Shown: positions 18,313 through 29,400, numbered from the stretch's first letter. The stretch: 64,000 nt of DNA from Leptolyngbyaceae cyanobacterium (GCA_965263355.1 CBDHHL010000032.1:1824001-1888000); one strand, 5' to 3'. Translations and numbers: made by a program. Notes: generated by a model not told the origin, from the sequence alone.

Positions 18313-19384
18313 GGCCGCCTGCAATCGCACTGTGATAGACCGCCTGCTGTTCAGCGGCAGATAGCCATCGCTGATAGGTCTCAGTATGGACCTTAACCGA
18401 GTGCCCCATCATACGAGCTGCAATACTGACTGGGATATTAAACTTGATGCACCGAACCGCAAAAGCATGACGAAGGTCATACGCTAGAAACGGCACCTTA
18501 TAGGTTCTGAACTTTTTAGATAATATCTTTCCGTATTTTCTAAACTCTGGATATTTAAGCGGTGGCGGATTGCCCTCCCCTATCCTCCACTTTGCAACCC
18601 ACTCTGGATAGAGCGCAGAAACTTGGCGATACCCCGTTTTTCCATCAGTAACGTTCCAGATAAGCGGGTCAGGCGTTGGTTCTAAAAAGAACGCTTCATG
18701 AGGACGAACCCCAAAGGTTGAGATCGCAGCATAGACCCACTGCCATGCAGGGTCAGGAAATATATTCCACCACTCCTCTATCAGTTCATCAGCAGGTAAA
18801 TCCCTTCTTGCTTCAGAGCGTCCTGGCGCATAGCTTCCACCATGAGGACGTAAATCAATCTGAATCTCAGCAAACTCAGCAAGTCGCTGAAAGTACCGCA
18901 TAGTGCGCTTTCTGGTATAGGTACCAACATCAGTCTCAAGGAGTATGTTCAGCAGTATATCTCCAGTAAGCGGCTTATCCTGTGGCAGGCGTTTGTATGC
19001 TGCTCCCCAATGCTGATGCCAGGTATCTTCTGTGGTAATGCCCTTTGATAACCAGTGCTCACGAAACTCAGCTATCCATTCTTTTACGGTTCTGTCCTCA
19101 CGAGATACTTTTCCTCGCCAGGTATCCCACTCAAAGCTTCCATCAATCACACTTCCCCAAAGTGAGATCGCAACTTTCTCAGCATCTTTTAATCCACGAG
19201 TCGTTGCAGGAAGTCCAACCTTAGGTCGCGTTACTTCCTGACGGTACGCCTTTACTTTGTCAGATTCAGGTTTTGGAGGAAGCACAGCTCTTAAATACAA
19301 CCATTGCTTTCGCTGAAGAATGGTGACTCTAATTCCGGAGTCACGTAACCGGCTATTTACTCCTGAAAGGTCTACTTGTTCCAT
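18278..19384 (-). CDS. Site-specific tyrosine integrase/recombinase (cyanobacterial type)
   Basis: N-terminal LYLRAVLPPKP; catalytic R (GVRPHE), K (DGKTG), HxxxxR (YDLRHAFAVR), MGHS and Y (HTETYQRW). Confidence 0.9.
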   Translation of the reverse strand: MEQVDLSGVNSRLRDSGIRVTILQRKQWLYLRAVLPPKPESDKVKAYRQEVTRPKVGLPATTRGLKDAEKVAISLWGSVIDGSFEWDTWRGKVSREDRTVKEWIAEFREHWLSKGITTEDTWHQHWGAAYKRLPQDKPLTGDILLNILLETDVGTYTRKRTMRYFQRLAEFAEIQIDLRPHGGSYAPGRSEARRDLPADELIEEWWNIFPDPAWQWVYAAISTFGVRPHEAFFLEPTPDPLIWNVTDGKTGYRQVSALYPEWVAKWRIGEGNPPPLKYPEFRKYGKILSKKFRTYKVPFLAYDLRHAFAVRCIKFNIPVSIAARMMGHSVKVHTETYQRWLSAAEQQAVYHSAIAGGPKPPSVSQVRN

Positions 19385-19637
19385 GTGACAGTTTGGGGAA
19401 TTCGTTCACCACCTGTTCACCATAGTAGCGGTAGTTTTAGAGAAAAAATGGTGAATAGAAAACTGACCAAAACTGCTGGAGGCTTTCCTGAGAGTGCCAC
19501 AAGACTTGAGATTCAAGGATTTGGCCTGTGCTAGAGTTTATGTGGGGGACCGCCCTGCCCATAGGGGTTCGGGGAACTCGGAGGAGCCCCGAGCAGCCCC
19601 TTTTGCCTCTTAGCCAAAACAACTAACTACTAATCCA

Positions 19638-21239
19638 TCACAAAACAATCGCCATGCCATCCGCCCGTGGCTCCGACCCCGCCACCAGTACACCGTCCAA
19701 TCGCAAAATCACCTGTCCTTTGCCAAACATGCCCGGCGCTGCAACCACCTGCACATCATGGCCCAGATCCCCCAACCCCAATGCCACATGACGCGGCACC
19801 GTCTGCTCCAAATACACCCGATTGCCCCGATCAAATCGCCAGCGTGGTGCATCTAATGCTGCCTGCGGATTTAACCCCCGGTCCAGCAAATTCGAAACCA
19901 CCTGCAAATGCCCCTGGGGCTGCATCGACGCCCCCATCACGCCAAATGGCCCTAACGGTTGACCATCACGGCTCAAAAAACCAGGAATAATCGTATGAAA
20001 TGGCCGTTTGCCAGGTGCGATCGCATTCGGATGTCCCCCATCTAACACAAACCCCGCACCCCGATTTTGCAACGCAATTCCTGTCCCCGGAATCGCAATC
20101 CCACTCCCAAACCCCATAAAATTCGACTGGATAAACGACACCATTAGGTCATCGTCCGCTGCCGCCAAATACACCGTGCCCCCCTGCGGTAAACCCGGTT
20201 CTGCCAACGGTATCGCAAAATCGCCAATCAACTCTCGACGCTGAGCCGCATAGGCCTTATCCAACAACGCTGCCGTCGACACATCCATGGTGCTTGGATC
20301 CGCCACATACCGATGGGCATCTGCAAACGCCAGCTTCATCGCCTCAATCTGTTGGTGATAATTTACCACCGATTCCCGTGGCACAGCCGTCAAGTCAAAC
20401 CCCTCAACAATATTTAGCGCCATTAACGCCGCAATTCCCTGCCCATTGGGCGGCAGTTCCGACACCGTCAGCCCTCGATATGGGGTAGAAATCGGGTTAA
20501 CCCACTCCGCCTGATGATGGCGTAAATCATCCAGGGAAAATACACCCCCCGTTGCTTCTGCAAACGCAACGAATTGTTCCGCCAGTTTGCCCCGATAAAA
20601 ACTCTCCCCTTCCGTGGTCGCTAACTCTCGCAGGGTATCTGCCTGATCTGGACAGCGCCAGATTTTACCCGTACGTGGTGCCTGATGTCCTGGAAAGAAT
20701 GTTTCTAGAAAGGGTTGATAGACGACATCATCGGTTAACGACAAATAGTTCTTTGCTTGCTGCTGCCAGTTGCGGGCTGTCGCAGGCGATACCGGAAACC
20801 CTTCTGCTGCATGACGAATAGCCGGTTCAAATAACCGCTCAAATGGCAGCTTACCCCAGCGTCGCCATAATGTTTGCCAGGCCGAAACCGCCCCCGGTAC
20901 CGTAGTGGCTAACCAGCCGTGCAAGGGTAATTGTGACCGATCTGCCCACATCTCTGGCGAGAGCGCCTGCGGACTTTTTCCCGATGCATTCAGACCATGG
21001 AGTTCGCCGTCCCACACCAGGGCAAAGGCATCCGAGCCTAAACCATTGGAGGTGGGTTCAACGATAGTCAGGTCGATGGCCATTGCGATCGCAGCATCCA
21101 CCGCATTGCCCCCCGCCAGCAAAATCTCTGCCCCCGTCGCAGCTGCTAACGGTTGAGATGTGGCCACAGCCCCCCGTGATCCCAACATGACAGGACGAGA
21201 AGATACATAGGGATAGGCGTTTAGGTCGAATGGTTGCAT
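19638..21239 (-). CDS. ggt: Gamma-glutamyltransferase family protein
   Basis: ATSQPLA, GGNAVDAAIA, TVPGAV, PPNGQG, nucleophile GGTVYL, PGKRPFHTIIP, MQPQGH, EPRADG. Confidence 0.92.
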   Translation of the reverse strand: MQPFDLNAYPYVSSRPVMLGSRGAVATSQPLAAATGAEILLAGGNAVDAAIAMAIDLTIVEPTSNGLGSDAFALVWDGELHGLNASGKSPQALSPEMWADRSQLPLHGWLATTVPGAVSAWQTLWRRWGKLPFERLFEPAIRHAAEGFPVSPATARNWQQQAKNYLSLTDDVVYQPFLETFFPGHQAPRTGKIWRCPDQADTLRELATTEGESFYRGKLAEQFVAFAEATGGVFSLDDLRHHQAEWVNPISTPYRGLTVSELPPNGQGIAALMALNIVEGFDLTAVPRESVVNYHQQIEAMKLAFADAHRYVADPSTMDVSTAALLDKAYAAQRRELIGDFAIPLAEPGLPQGGTVYLAAADDDLMVSFIQSNFMGFGSGIAIPGTGIALQNRGAGFVLDGGHPNAIAPGKRPFHTIIPGFLSRDGQPLGPFGVMGASMQPQGHLQVVSNLLDRGLNPQAALDAPRWRFDRGNRVYLEQTVPRHVALGLGDLGHDVQVVAAPGMFGKGQVILRLDGVLVAGSEPRADGMAIVL

Positions 21240-21357
21240 AGTTGGAAAAACGTCGTTTGTAGCATGGTACCCGACGGGCCGCAGGCCGTAGGCCGTAGAT
21301 TGGGTAGAGCCCCGAAACCCAACCTCAAGCCATAATAATATTTAATCAGGAGGAATC

Positions 21358-21747
21358 ATGACAGTTAGCGATCGCACCCAAATCAAAAAAATATTTGAAG
21401 AAATTTACCCTGAAACCGCCCGTTCCAGAAATCCCCAACGCTACGGAGCCATGTTTACCGAAACAGCCATACAAATGCCACCCCATGTGCCCGACCGCCA
21501 TGGCCAAGCTGACATTGCCGCTGGCTATGCAGAACAGATTGTTGACAAAGATCTGGATCCCACCCTTACCGCTGAAGATATCCATGTCACAGGAGACTTT
21601 GGCTATGTTACCGGCATTGCCATGGTTACCATTCATCCCCACGATGATAGCCCTGCCATACAGCTCAAATTTCGAGGACTGTGGTTAATGAAAAAGGAAC
21701 AGGGAGACTGGAAAATTGATCGGCAGATTTGGAACGAAAAGTCCTAG
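21358..21747 (+). CDS. NTF2/SnoaL-like (DUF4440/YybH-type) protein
   Basis: AGGAGG RBS; MFTETAIQMPP...HGQADI, GDFGY, KKEQGDWKIDRQIWN. Confidence 0.75.
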   Translation: MTVSDRTQIKKIFEEIYPETARSRNPQRYGAMFTETAIQMPPHVPDRHGQADIAAGYAEQIVDKDLDPTLTAEDIHVTGDFGYVTGIAMVTIHPHDDSPAIQLKFRGLWLMKKEQGDWKIDRQIWNEKS

Positions 21748-21752
21748 TGGGG

Positions 21753-21787
21753 TATTGGACTTATTGGACTTATTGGACTTATTGGAC
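21753..21787 (+). repeat. Short tandem repeat (TATTGGACT)x~4
   Basis: Directly visible 9-bp unit repeated 3.9 times. Confidence 0.9.
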
Positions 21788-22024
21788 GTGGTTTATAACT
21801 GATAATCAGTCTAAGCCAAGGCTATTTACAGTTTTTAAGGAGCTTTGCCTACAATAGGTATAGTCCAAAGCTGTCAACTTACCCATGGGTCAAGTTATTT
21901 TAGTCCCATACTTAACCCTAAAGCAGTACCTGATCCATATCGTTAGTACTAAAACCCGTTATATATATCTGAAAAATTAAAGGTTTCCTCCTAATGCAAC
22001 ACCTAAGGCAAAAGAGAATAACAT

Positions 22025-22120
22025 TTCCCCTCCTGGGAGGGGCTCCGGGGTGGGTTCCTGTGACTGGCGCTAATGATAAAAACCTACCTCGCCCACTGGG
22101 CACTCTTCCCGAAAGGGGAT
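22025..22120. repeat. REP-like palindromic repeat; related copy at ~38566-38656
   Basis: CCCC(T/G)CCTGGGAGGGGC...GGGTGGGT in both copies. Confidence 0.55.
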
Positions 22121-22148
22121 AAGTCGGAACATTGCTGAATTTTTTCCT

Positions 22149-24134
22149 ATGTCGCTGTTACCCCATCTCTCCCAACTATCAAATCTTCGTCAAGCACTTG
22201 CTGCTCAGCTTGAGGAGATGAGCAGCACACTCCAATCGCTGCAAGCAGCCTTCGATTTGACCCAGCCCCTGGCCGATCTCTCTACCACTGGCCAACGCCT
22301 GCGTCAGGGTGTCTTTCGGCTGATGGTGTTAGGGGATATGAAACGGGGCAAAAGCACGTTTCTGAATGCCCTGTTAGGAGAACCCCTCCTCCCCAGTGAT
22401 GTTAATCCTTGTACTGCGCTGCTTACGGTGCTACGCTATGGCCCCACTCCCCAAGCCACAGTTTATTTCACCGACGATCGACCCTCAGAACAGCTAGATA
22501 TTGATACGTTTACCCAACGGTATACTATTGATCCAGCAGAAACTCGCCAAACCAGGGAGGATAGCCCCTTTGCTCACGTTAGCCATGCTGTTATCTACTA
22601 TCCACTTCCCCTATTGCAAAATGGTGTAGAAATTGTCGATAGCCCTGGTCTTAATGATACTGAGGCCCGTAATAAACTCTCCCTGGGCTATATTCAAAAT
22701 TGTCATGCGATCTTGTTTATGTTGCGGGCAACCCAGCCCTGTACCTTAGCAGAGCGACGCTATCTGAATAACTATTTACAAAATAAGGGACTGTCGCTAT
22801 TTTTCTTGCTGAATGCTTGGGATCATATTAAAGATAGTCTGCTCGATCCGGATGATCCCGATGAGTTAGCCCAGGCGGAAGCACGTCTCCATAGGGTATT
22901 TAACAGTACACTCAAGGACTATTGCGACAATTATGACCAGCGGGTATTTCCCATCTCTGCCCTGGAGGTTCTACGCCAACGGATTAAGACTCCGAATGCG
23001 CCCATCTGTGATCCAGAGTTTGCGAGATTTTTAACCACGTTGGATCAGTTTCTAACCCATGAGCGAGCCCGGGCAGAATTTCAGCCGGTGGTGGCCTTAT
23101 CCAACCGTGTGTTGACGGAAATAACTGAGAAAGTACATCTGCGTCAGACGTTGTTGCATCAAACGGTGGCTGAACTTAAGCAATCTATTTTGCAACTGGC
23201 TCCAGTATTTGAACAGCTGGTGGCGATTCGAGATCAGTTTCAACAGGAGATACGGGAAAGTTGCGATCGCAACTCAACCGCCACCACCACCGCCTTCAAA
23301 GACTTTATCCTCAATCTAGAAACCACCTTTGAAAAAGACTTTGCACCCTACCAACCCGATCTCTCGTTACTTGATCTAGTCAGTCCTGCCGGTCGACAAC
23401 AATTTAACCAATCCTTAGAAACCGCCTTTCAACAGTATCTTAACGACCAGCTTCTACACTGGAGTCGTACCCTGGAGCCCACCCTCCGGGACGCTTTTCA
23501 GACGCTATCCGAACGTGCTGCCCACTATGGCACGTCTTACAACCAAATTACCCAAGAAATTCTGACTGCACTCAGCGGTCAGCCAGTACAAATTCCCCTC
23601 GACAATACCCAACCCAGCTGGGCAGCATGGGCCGTTGAAGCCCTCAACCAGCCTGCCGATACCCCCGAGGTAAAAGCGGTGCTGGCGAGTATCAATCTGC
23701 AAAGCATTTTATTTAATCTGGTGGCTGCTGTCGGTGCCAGTCTGTTGGCCTCTAGCCTAATCAGCTCCATTGCAGGACCTATCACCTTAGGGCTTGCCAG
23801 TCTTGGCATTGGTGCGTTTCAAGTGGACCAAATCCGTCGTGCCCTGGTGAAGGCGGCCCGCCAGGAACTGAGTACCCATTTACCCCGCATTGCCGCCGAA
23901 CAACAGCAGCCCATCCACTCTGCTATTGTTCAATACTTTCGTGACTATGAGCAGTCCGTCATCAGTCGTCTAGATGCTGATATCAAAGCCCGTAAGGCAG
24001 ATTTGGAAACCCTCCTGACCCAAAAGCAAGACCAGGAACATCAGGGTCAAAGTGAAATAAACCGATTGCAGACGACTTTAACTAAACTGCAGCAGACAGA
24101 TCAAGCCATTCAAGAACTATATGACCAGATTTAG
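22149..24134 (+). CDS. Bacterial dynamin-like protein (BDLP family)
   Basis: G1 GDMKRGKST, LPSDVNPCTA, G3 DSPG, NAWD; hydrophobic paddle near the C-terminus; coiled coils. Confidence 0.9.
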   Translation: MSLLPHLSQLSNLRQALAAQLEEMSSTLQSLQAAFDLTQPLADLSTTGQRLRQGVFRLMVLGDMKRGKSTFLNALLGEPLLPSDVNPCTALLTVLRYGPTPQATVYFTDDRPSEQLDIDTFTQRYTIDPAETRQTREDSPFAHVSHAVIYYPLPLLQNGVEIVDSPGLNDTEARNKLSLGYIQNCHAILFMLRATQPCTLAERRYLNNYLQNKGLSLFFLLNAWDHIKDSLLDPDDPDELAQAEARLHRVFNSTLKDYCDNYDQRVFPISALEVLRQRIKTPNAPICDPEFARFLTTLDQFLTHERARAEFQPVVALSNRVLTEITEKVHLRQTLLHQTVAELKQSILQLAPVFEQLVAIRDQFQQEIRESCDRNSTATTTAFKDFILNLETTFEKDFAPYQPDLSLLDLVSPAGRQQFNQSLETAFQQYLNDQLLHWSRTLEPTLRDAFQTLSERAAHYGTSYNQITQEILTALSGQPVQIPLDNTQPSWAAWAVEALNQPADTPEVKAVLASINLQSILFNLVAAVGASLLASSLISSIAGPITLGLASLGIGAFQVDQIRRALVKAARQELSTHLPRIAAEQQQPIHSAIVQYFRDYEQSVISRLDADIKARKADLETLLTQKQDQEHQGQSEINRLQTTLTKLQQTDQAIQELYDQI

Positions 24135-24143
24135 GGAATTTTT

Positions 24144-24241
24144 GTAGGGGCACTCCCTTGTGGATGCCCCTTCGATAAGGCATAGCCCCTACAAGATTAT
24201 CTATTTAAAACCCTGTAGGGCACTCCCTTGTAGATGCCCCC
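24144..24241. repeat. REP-like GTAGGG repeats
   Basis: GTAGGGGCACTCCCTTGTGGATGCCCC...GCCCCTAC and a second GTAGGGCACTCCCTTGTAGATGCCCC. Confidence 0.7.
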
Positions 24242-24318
24242 TTTTCAAGAGTCATGGAATGTCATGGAGAATATCGGATATTCTGGTCAATGGCATTCGT
24301 TATACCATTCCCTCTCCC

Positions 24319-24966
24319 ATGCCTGATTTCAAACCCAACGACGGTCGTCTTTATGCCCCTGCTACGGAGCGTAACCGTGAGTATATCCTGGCAGTGCTAG
24401 AACGGGTACTGCCCACCCCTGGCAACGATTCCAGCACCATCCTGGAAATTGCCAGTGGTACGGGGGAACATGCTAGCTTTTTTGCCCCTAAGTTAGCGCC
24501 CCGTCGTTGGTGGCCCAGTGATATCAGTGCTCCCATGCTAAAGAGTATTGCGGCCTGGCAACAGGCGACCAATGCGCGTTATTTGTTGCCACCCATTGAG
24601 TTAAATGTCTGTGTTGACCCCTGGCCGGTTGAAGCAGATGAGAAGCGAGCTATTGATGCCATCGTTAATATTAATATGATCCATATTTCACCTTGGAAAG
24701 CCTGTGAGGCATTGATGGCCGGGGCCGGTCGTATATTGCCAGACGGTGGCGTTCTTTATCTATACGGTCCCTTTAAACGCAATGGTGAGCATACAGCCCC
24801 CAGTAATGAGACATTTAACAGTTGGCTGACAGAGCAAAACGCTGATTGGGGAGTGCGTGATTTAGAAACGGTTGAAGAGCTTGCTAACAGTCATCAGCTA
24901 ACCTTGCAGGAGGTGGTTGAGATGCCTGCTAATAATCTTTCTCTGGTGTTTCATAAACAGCCATAA
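24319..24966 (+). CDS. DUF938-family SAM-dependent methyltransferase
   Basis: APATERNREYI, LEIASGTGEH, NMIHISPW, LYGPF, WGVRD, MPANN. Start MPDFKP; the upstream ORF extension lies in REP repeats. Confidence 0.88.
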   Translation: MPDFKPNDGRLYAPATERNREYILAVLERVLPTPGNDSSTILEIASGTGEHASFFAPKLAPRRWWPSDISAPMLKSIAAWQQATNARYLLPPIELNVCVDPWPVEADEKRAIDAIVNINMIHISPWKACEALMAGAGRILPDGGVLYLYGPFKRNGEHTAPSNETFNSWLTEQNADWGVRDLETVEELANSHQLTLQEVVEMPANNLSLVFHKQP

Positions 24967-25081
24967 ACGACTATTCCCTCACCCCTTCACCCCATTCCCC
25001 GTCTTAATCTCAATTGTTACCATTGACACGGTACTCATCTAGGCTATACTAAGTATAAGTACGCATGTACCATAGCCTACT

Positions 25082-26020
25082 ATGGCATTTTTGTTTCCTG
25101 ATAAGTATATTGACCCTTTAACCGACTTTGGGTTTAAGCGCCTGTTTGGCACCGAACCCCACAAAGTGCTGCTGATCGATTTTCTGAATACCCTATTACC
25201 CGACTATCACCATATTCAGGATGTCACCTTCAAAAATCCAGAATCCATTGGTAGAACCTGGGCTGATCGTAAAGCGATTTTTGATATCTACTGTCAAACC
25301 GAAACCGGTGAACGGTTTATCGTTGAACTCCAGAAAGCAAAACAACAGTTCTTTAAGGACCGAAGTGTCTATTATTCCACCTTTCCGATTCAAGAGCAGG
25401 CCCGCACCGGGCCTTGGGACTATCAGTTAAGTGCGGTCTATACCGTTGGTGTACTGGACTTTATCTTTGATGAACACAAGCATGAAGAGACAATCATCCA
25501 TACCGTTGAACTAAAAGACCAACACTGTCAAGATGGTTTTGGTTCGTTCCAAACCCAAGATAAGTATGATAAGTTGAAATTTATTTATATTGAACTGCCT
25601 AAGTTTAAGAAATCCCTGGCGGAGTTAAGTTCCCATACAGATAATTGGTTGTTTATATTACGACACTTATCTCAATTGGAAACTCCACCTAGTAATTTAC
25701 AAGACGGTGTGTTTAACCAACTGTTTCAAGTGGCTAAGATTGCCAACTTTTCAGAAACAGAACAGGCTCTTTACCAAGAGAGTTTAAAGGTCTACCGTGA
25801 TAATTTTAATGTCACCCAGACCTTGCTTAAAGAAGCTGATAAAAAAGCTAGGGAAGAGGGCAGGGAAGAAGGTAGAGCAGAAGGTAGAGCGGAAGGTAGA
25901 GCGGAAGGCAGAGAAGAAGAACGACAGCAAATTGCTCAACGGTTGAGATCTTTGGGCCTCTCCATTCAGGAGGTTGTGAAAGCGACAGGGCTAACTCCAG
26001 AAGAAATTGAGCAGCTTTAA
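25082..26020 (+). CDS. Rpn-family PD-(D/E)XK nuclease / putative transposase
   Basis: DPLTDFGFKRLFG, DRKAIFDIYC, FIVELQK, FKDRSVYY, IELPKF; C-terminal EGREEG/EGRAEG repeats and ATGLTPEEIEQL. Confidence 0.9.
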   Translation: MAFLFPDKYIDPLTDFGFKRLFGTEPHKVLLIDFLNTLLPDYHHIQDVTFKNPESIGRTWADRKAIFDIYCQTETGERFIVELQKAKQQFFKDRSVYYSTFPIQEQARTGPWDYQLSAVYTVGVLDFIFDEHKHEETIIHTVELKDQHCQDGFGSFQTQDKYDKLKFIYIELPKFKKSLAELSSHTDNWLFILRHLSQLETPPSNLQDGVFNQLFQVAKIANFSETEQALYQESLKVYRDNFNVTQTLLKEADKKAREEGREEGRAEGRAEGRAEGREEERQQIAQRLRSLGLSIQEVVKATGLTPEEIEQL

Positions 26021-26441
26021 TTCGGTACCTGTCCATAATTTTGACTCAAATCTTGTACTAAGTCGATTGTGAGGCTCAAACCCACATTGGGTTCAAAACC
26101 CAACGATAATGGAGGGTTGTCCACTAAAAGGGACAATTTAGCTGTGAAGCTATGAATATTGAGCTTTCGGTTATTTTCTAACCCCTTTTAGGACAGATAT
26201 TGCACTATGTTGGTTATGAGGTTCAAACCCACGCTCGGTTCAAAATTGGGTGCTAGTTGGGATCGCCTGTAAGCTACAAACCCTTTTAGTGGGTTTTTGA
26301 TCCTGTTAGCCTTGGGTTTTCAACCCTGGGTGGGATAGAGCTATTTTCTATGTACTTTCCAGTAATCAAGTTTGCATAAGTCGGCAATGGTGAGTGGTAT
26401 TACGCTACAGACGTCTTAGTTCTCTGTTTGGTGTATAGCCC

Positions 26442-29400
26442 ATGCGTTACCATCTGGTTGCTCTTAGTCTTGCCTCTGGGATTGGTTTTGTTGGTTTTGA
26501 TGCGTTATTGGCCCATGGTGAACCACTGCTTGCTTCGTTGATTCAAGCTAATGCTGATCTGTCAGAAGATGATATTGAGTCTGATGGGACAGATGATGAT
26601 ATTAGTCGTCTGCAAGCGTTGGGTGAGGCACAGGTACAACAGGCTCAGTTATTAGAGGCTATTACCACCTATAAACAGGTTTTGACAGCTTATCGACAAG
26701 TAGGCAATCGTAACGGTGTAGCCGCTACCCTAATTCGTCTAGCAGATACCTATAATTTACTTTTTCAGTATGACGACACACTGGCTGCAGTCAATGAAGC
26801 GCTAGTGATCTATCAGACGCTGGGGGATGCAACTGGCGAGGCAACTGCGCTAGATCGTCTAGGAATGGTTCAAGTGAATCTGGGGCACCCTCATCAGGGG
26901 CTAGCTACGTTACAACAAGCCTTAGAATTGCGACGGTCATTGGCCAATGTGCTCGGTGAAGCAGAAACACTGATGTATTTGGGTATTGCGCTGGTTGGTC
27001 AGGGAGACACTGGGGTAGCCCGTGAGAATTTACAGGTGGCGTTGGAGAGACATGAAGAGACAGAAAATGATTACTACACGGCGCTGACCCTTGTCTATCT
27101 TGGCCTGACGACTCTCCAAGTGGATGTTGAACAGGGACTAAAGCTGATGGAACAGGGGGTAACAGTAGCTGAGAAAATTGATCATAGGCCAACAGTTGCG
27201 ATTGCGCAATCTATCCTGGGTCATGTTTATCAAGCCCAAGGTCAGCTTGCCCAAGCCACAGAGTCTTTTTCAGCTGCTCTAGTTATCGCTGAAACTGCAG
27301 GTAATCAGTCATTTCTCAAAAATACTCAAGGCCAGCTAGCGGCTTTACTGATGACTCTGGGTAACCAATATTCCGAACAAGACCAACCTCAACAAGCTAT
27401 TGACGTTTACCAACAGGCATTGTCAGTGATTAAACAATTAGGCGATGCCCTTGAACCATCAGTGCTGGGTAACGTCTATCGCTCGCTAGGACATAGTTAT
27501 CATCAACTTGGAAAGAGACTATACACAGAGGAAAAGTTTGAAAAAGCCTTAGAAAACTATCAACAGGCTCTGACAACAGCACAGCAAAGTGTTGAAATAT
27601 TCCGTCAGAATGAGTTAAGTCAAGAAGAAGGCTCATCCTTAATAGATATCTGGTTGGTCTACAACAGTTTGATTGATACTTATGATTCTCTAGAGAATTA
27701 CGAAATGGCTCTGATATTCGTTCAAGAGCGTCTGGAGATTGCACAGCAAGGTGCTTTCTTAAAAACAGAGTCTGGTGAGCTTTTACAGGCACGTTCGCAA
27801 TCTCTCGCTGCTAACTTTTATGATTACTATGGCGCTCGATTGTTAGGGAGTACTCCTGATGAATTAAGAGCTGTTACACTTGATGAATTGAGAGCTGCAA
27901 TTGCTGTTGTCAAGCAAGGTCTGAGATATGCCCAAACAGCTTTAGATTTAGTTCAGGCTAACCCTACGATATCAGAAGAGATGACTTCAGCTTTAAGAAG
28001 CTTGTGGCAGTTAAGTTCTAGTTTGCAAGCCAAGTATGCTAGAGCTGCCCAAATAACAAAGGAAAATAATCCCGATGCTGCTATTCAAGATTATCAACAG
28101 GCACTTTACTGGAGCCAACAAGCAATAGATTTAGAAACAATTGTAGTTTCTAAGATTGATTCTAGCAATCATCCAATTAGTGAAGAGTCTCGACAATCCA
28201 TTCGACAGGGGCTATTGACTAGCTATATGGGATTAGCTGGTATTTATGAAAGTCAAAAGGCGTACAAACAAGCGTTAACGAACTACAACAATGCTCGTGT
28301 GCTTGCAGAAGAAGTAGGTGACCTGGAACGTCTGAAAATAACATTGGGAGCAATTTGGTCTTTCTATTCTAGAAAAGCAGATGACTATAGGGAGCAACAA
28401 CTTTATGACGAAGCAATTGCCGCCTATCGCGCTGGCATCCAAGTTGCTCAAGAACGTAATAATCCCAGGGAAGAACAAGTAATGCTGGCTAGCATTGCTA
28501 ATCTTCATAGACGTATTGGTGAATACAACAAGGCCCTAAGTGTTACTCAAGAAATGTTGCACCTTGCTCAAGTGAATGAGCGTCCCAGAGATGAATTCAC
28601 AGTCTGGAATTACATTGGTCACATACACCTAGATTTAGGCAACTACAGTGAAGCTCTTAACGCTTATCAAAGAGGTTTATCAATTAATCAAAAGCTAAAC
28701 AACCAGTTGAATGAATCTGCCAGCCTCCTCAATCTGGTAAATGTGTATACTGCGTTAGGTGACTATCAGAAAGCATTAGATGCTGCACAGCAAAGTATAC
28801 TGTTGGCAATGTCTGCTGAGTATATATCAGAGCAATTCGATCTGGAATTTGAATATTTACCCGACTATTGTTTATTTGATAATCTTGCAGATTATCAACA
28901 AGAAAGCTGTTCTCAGCTAGAACAGAATCAGACTGAGCGTAGTCGTACCAGTTATGAGGAGATCAAAAAAGTTTTTGCTAGTTCTGCATTCAATAATCTG
29001 GCTGCAGTTTATCAGAACATGGGTCGCTACCCTGAGGCCCTTGAAAATGTACTCCAAGCACTAGATTTGGTAAAGGATATTACGCTACGCGACAAGCATA
29101 GCAACTTAATTCTAATGTCATCCATCCATAGCGACTTAGGACAGCCTGAACAGGCTAGTGCTGCCTTACAACAGGCTCAAAAAATTATTGAAAGTTCAGA
29201 TGAGCGTGTTGCAAAAATTAATGTTCTGAATAATCGAGCTTTGCAAATTCTTGAGAACGAAAATGATGCCGAGCAAGCATTAACTATGCTCAATCAAGCA
29301 TTTTCACTTTCCCAAGAATTGGGCACTCGCCCTCAGGATATCTTCATTCTCAACAATAAAGGGCTTTTCTATACAGCCCAGGGTGACTATCCCCAGGCCA

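Noticed and set aside
19560..19602. tRNA/tmRNA 3' end as the integrase target, and a ~24-nt similarity to ~57424-57447
   Set aside because: No cloverleaf or T-arm-to-CCA arrangement; a 21/24 match is roughly what chance gives in 64 kb.
21753..21787. Tandem TATTGGACT repeats as a CRISPR array
   Set aside because: The unit is 9 bp with no spacers, and no cas genes are present.
27858..27897. 24-bp-period duplication (DELRAVTLDELRA) in the CHAT gene
   Set aside because: Minor in-frame slippage duplication with no evident function.
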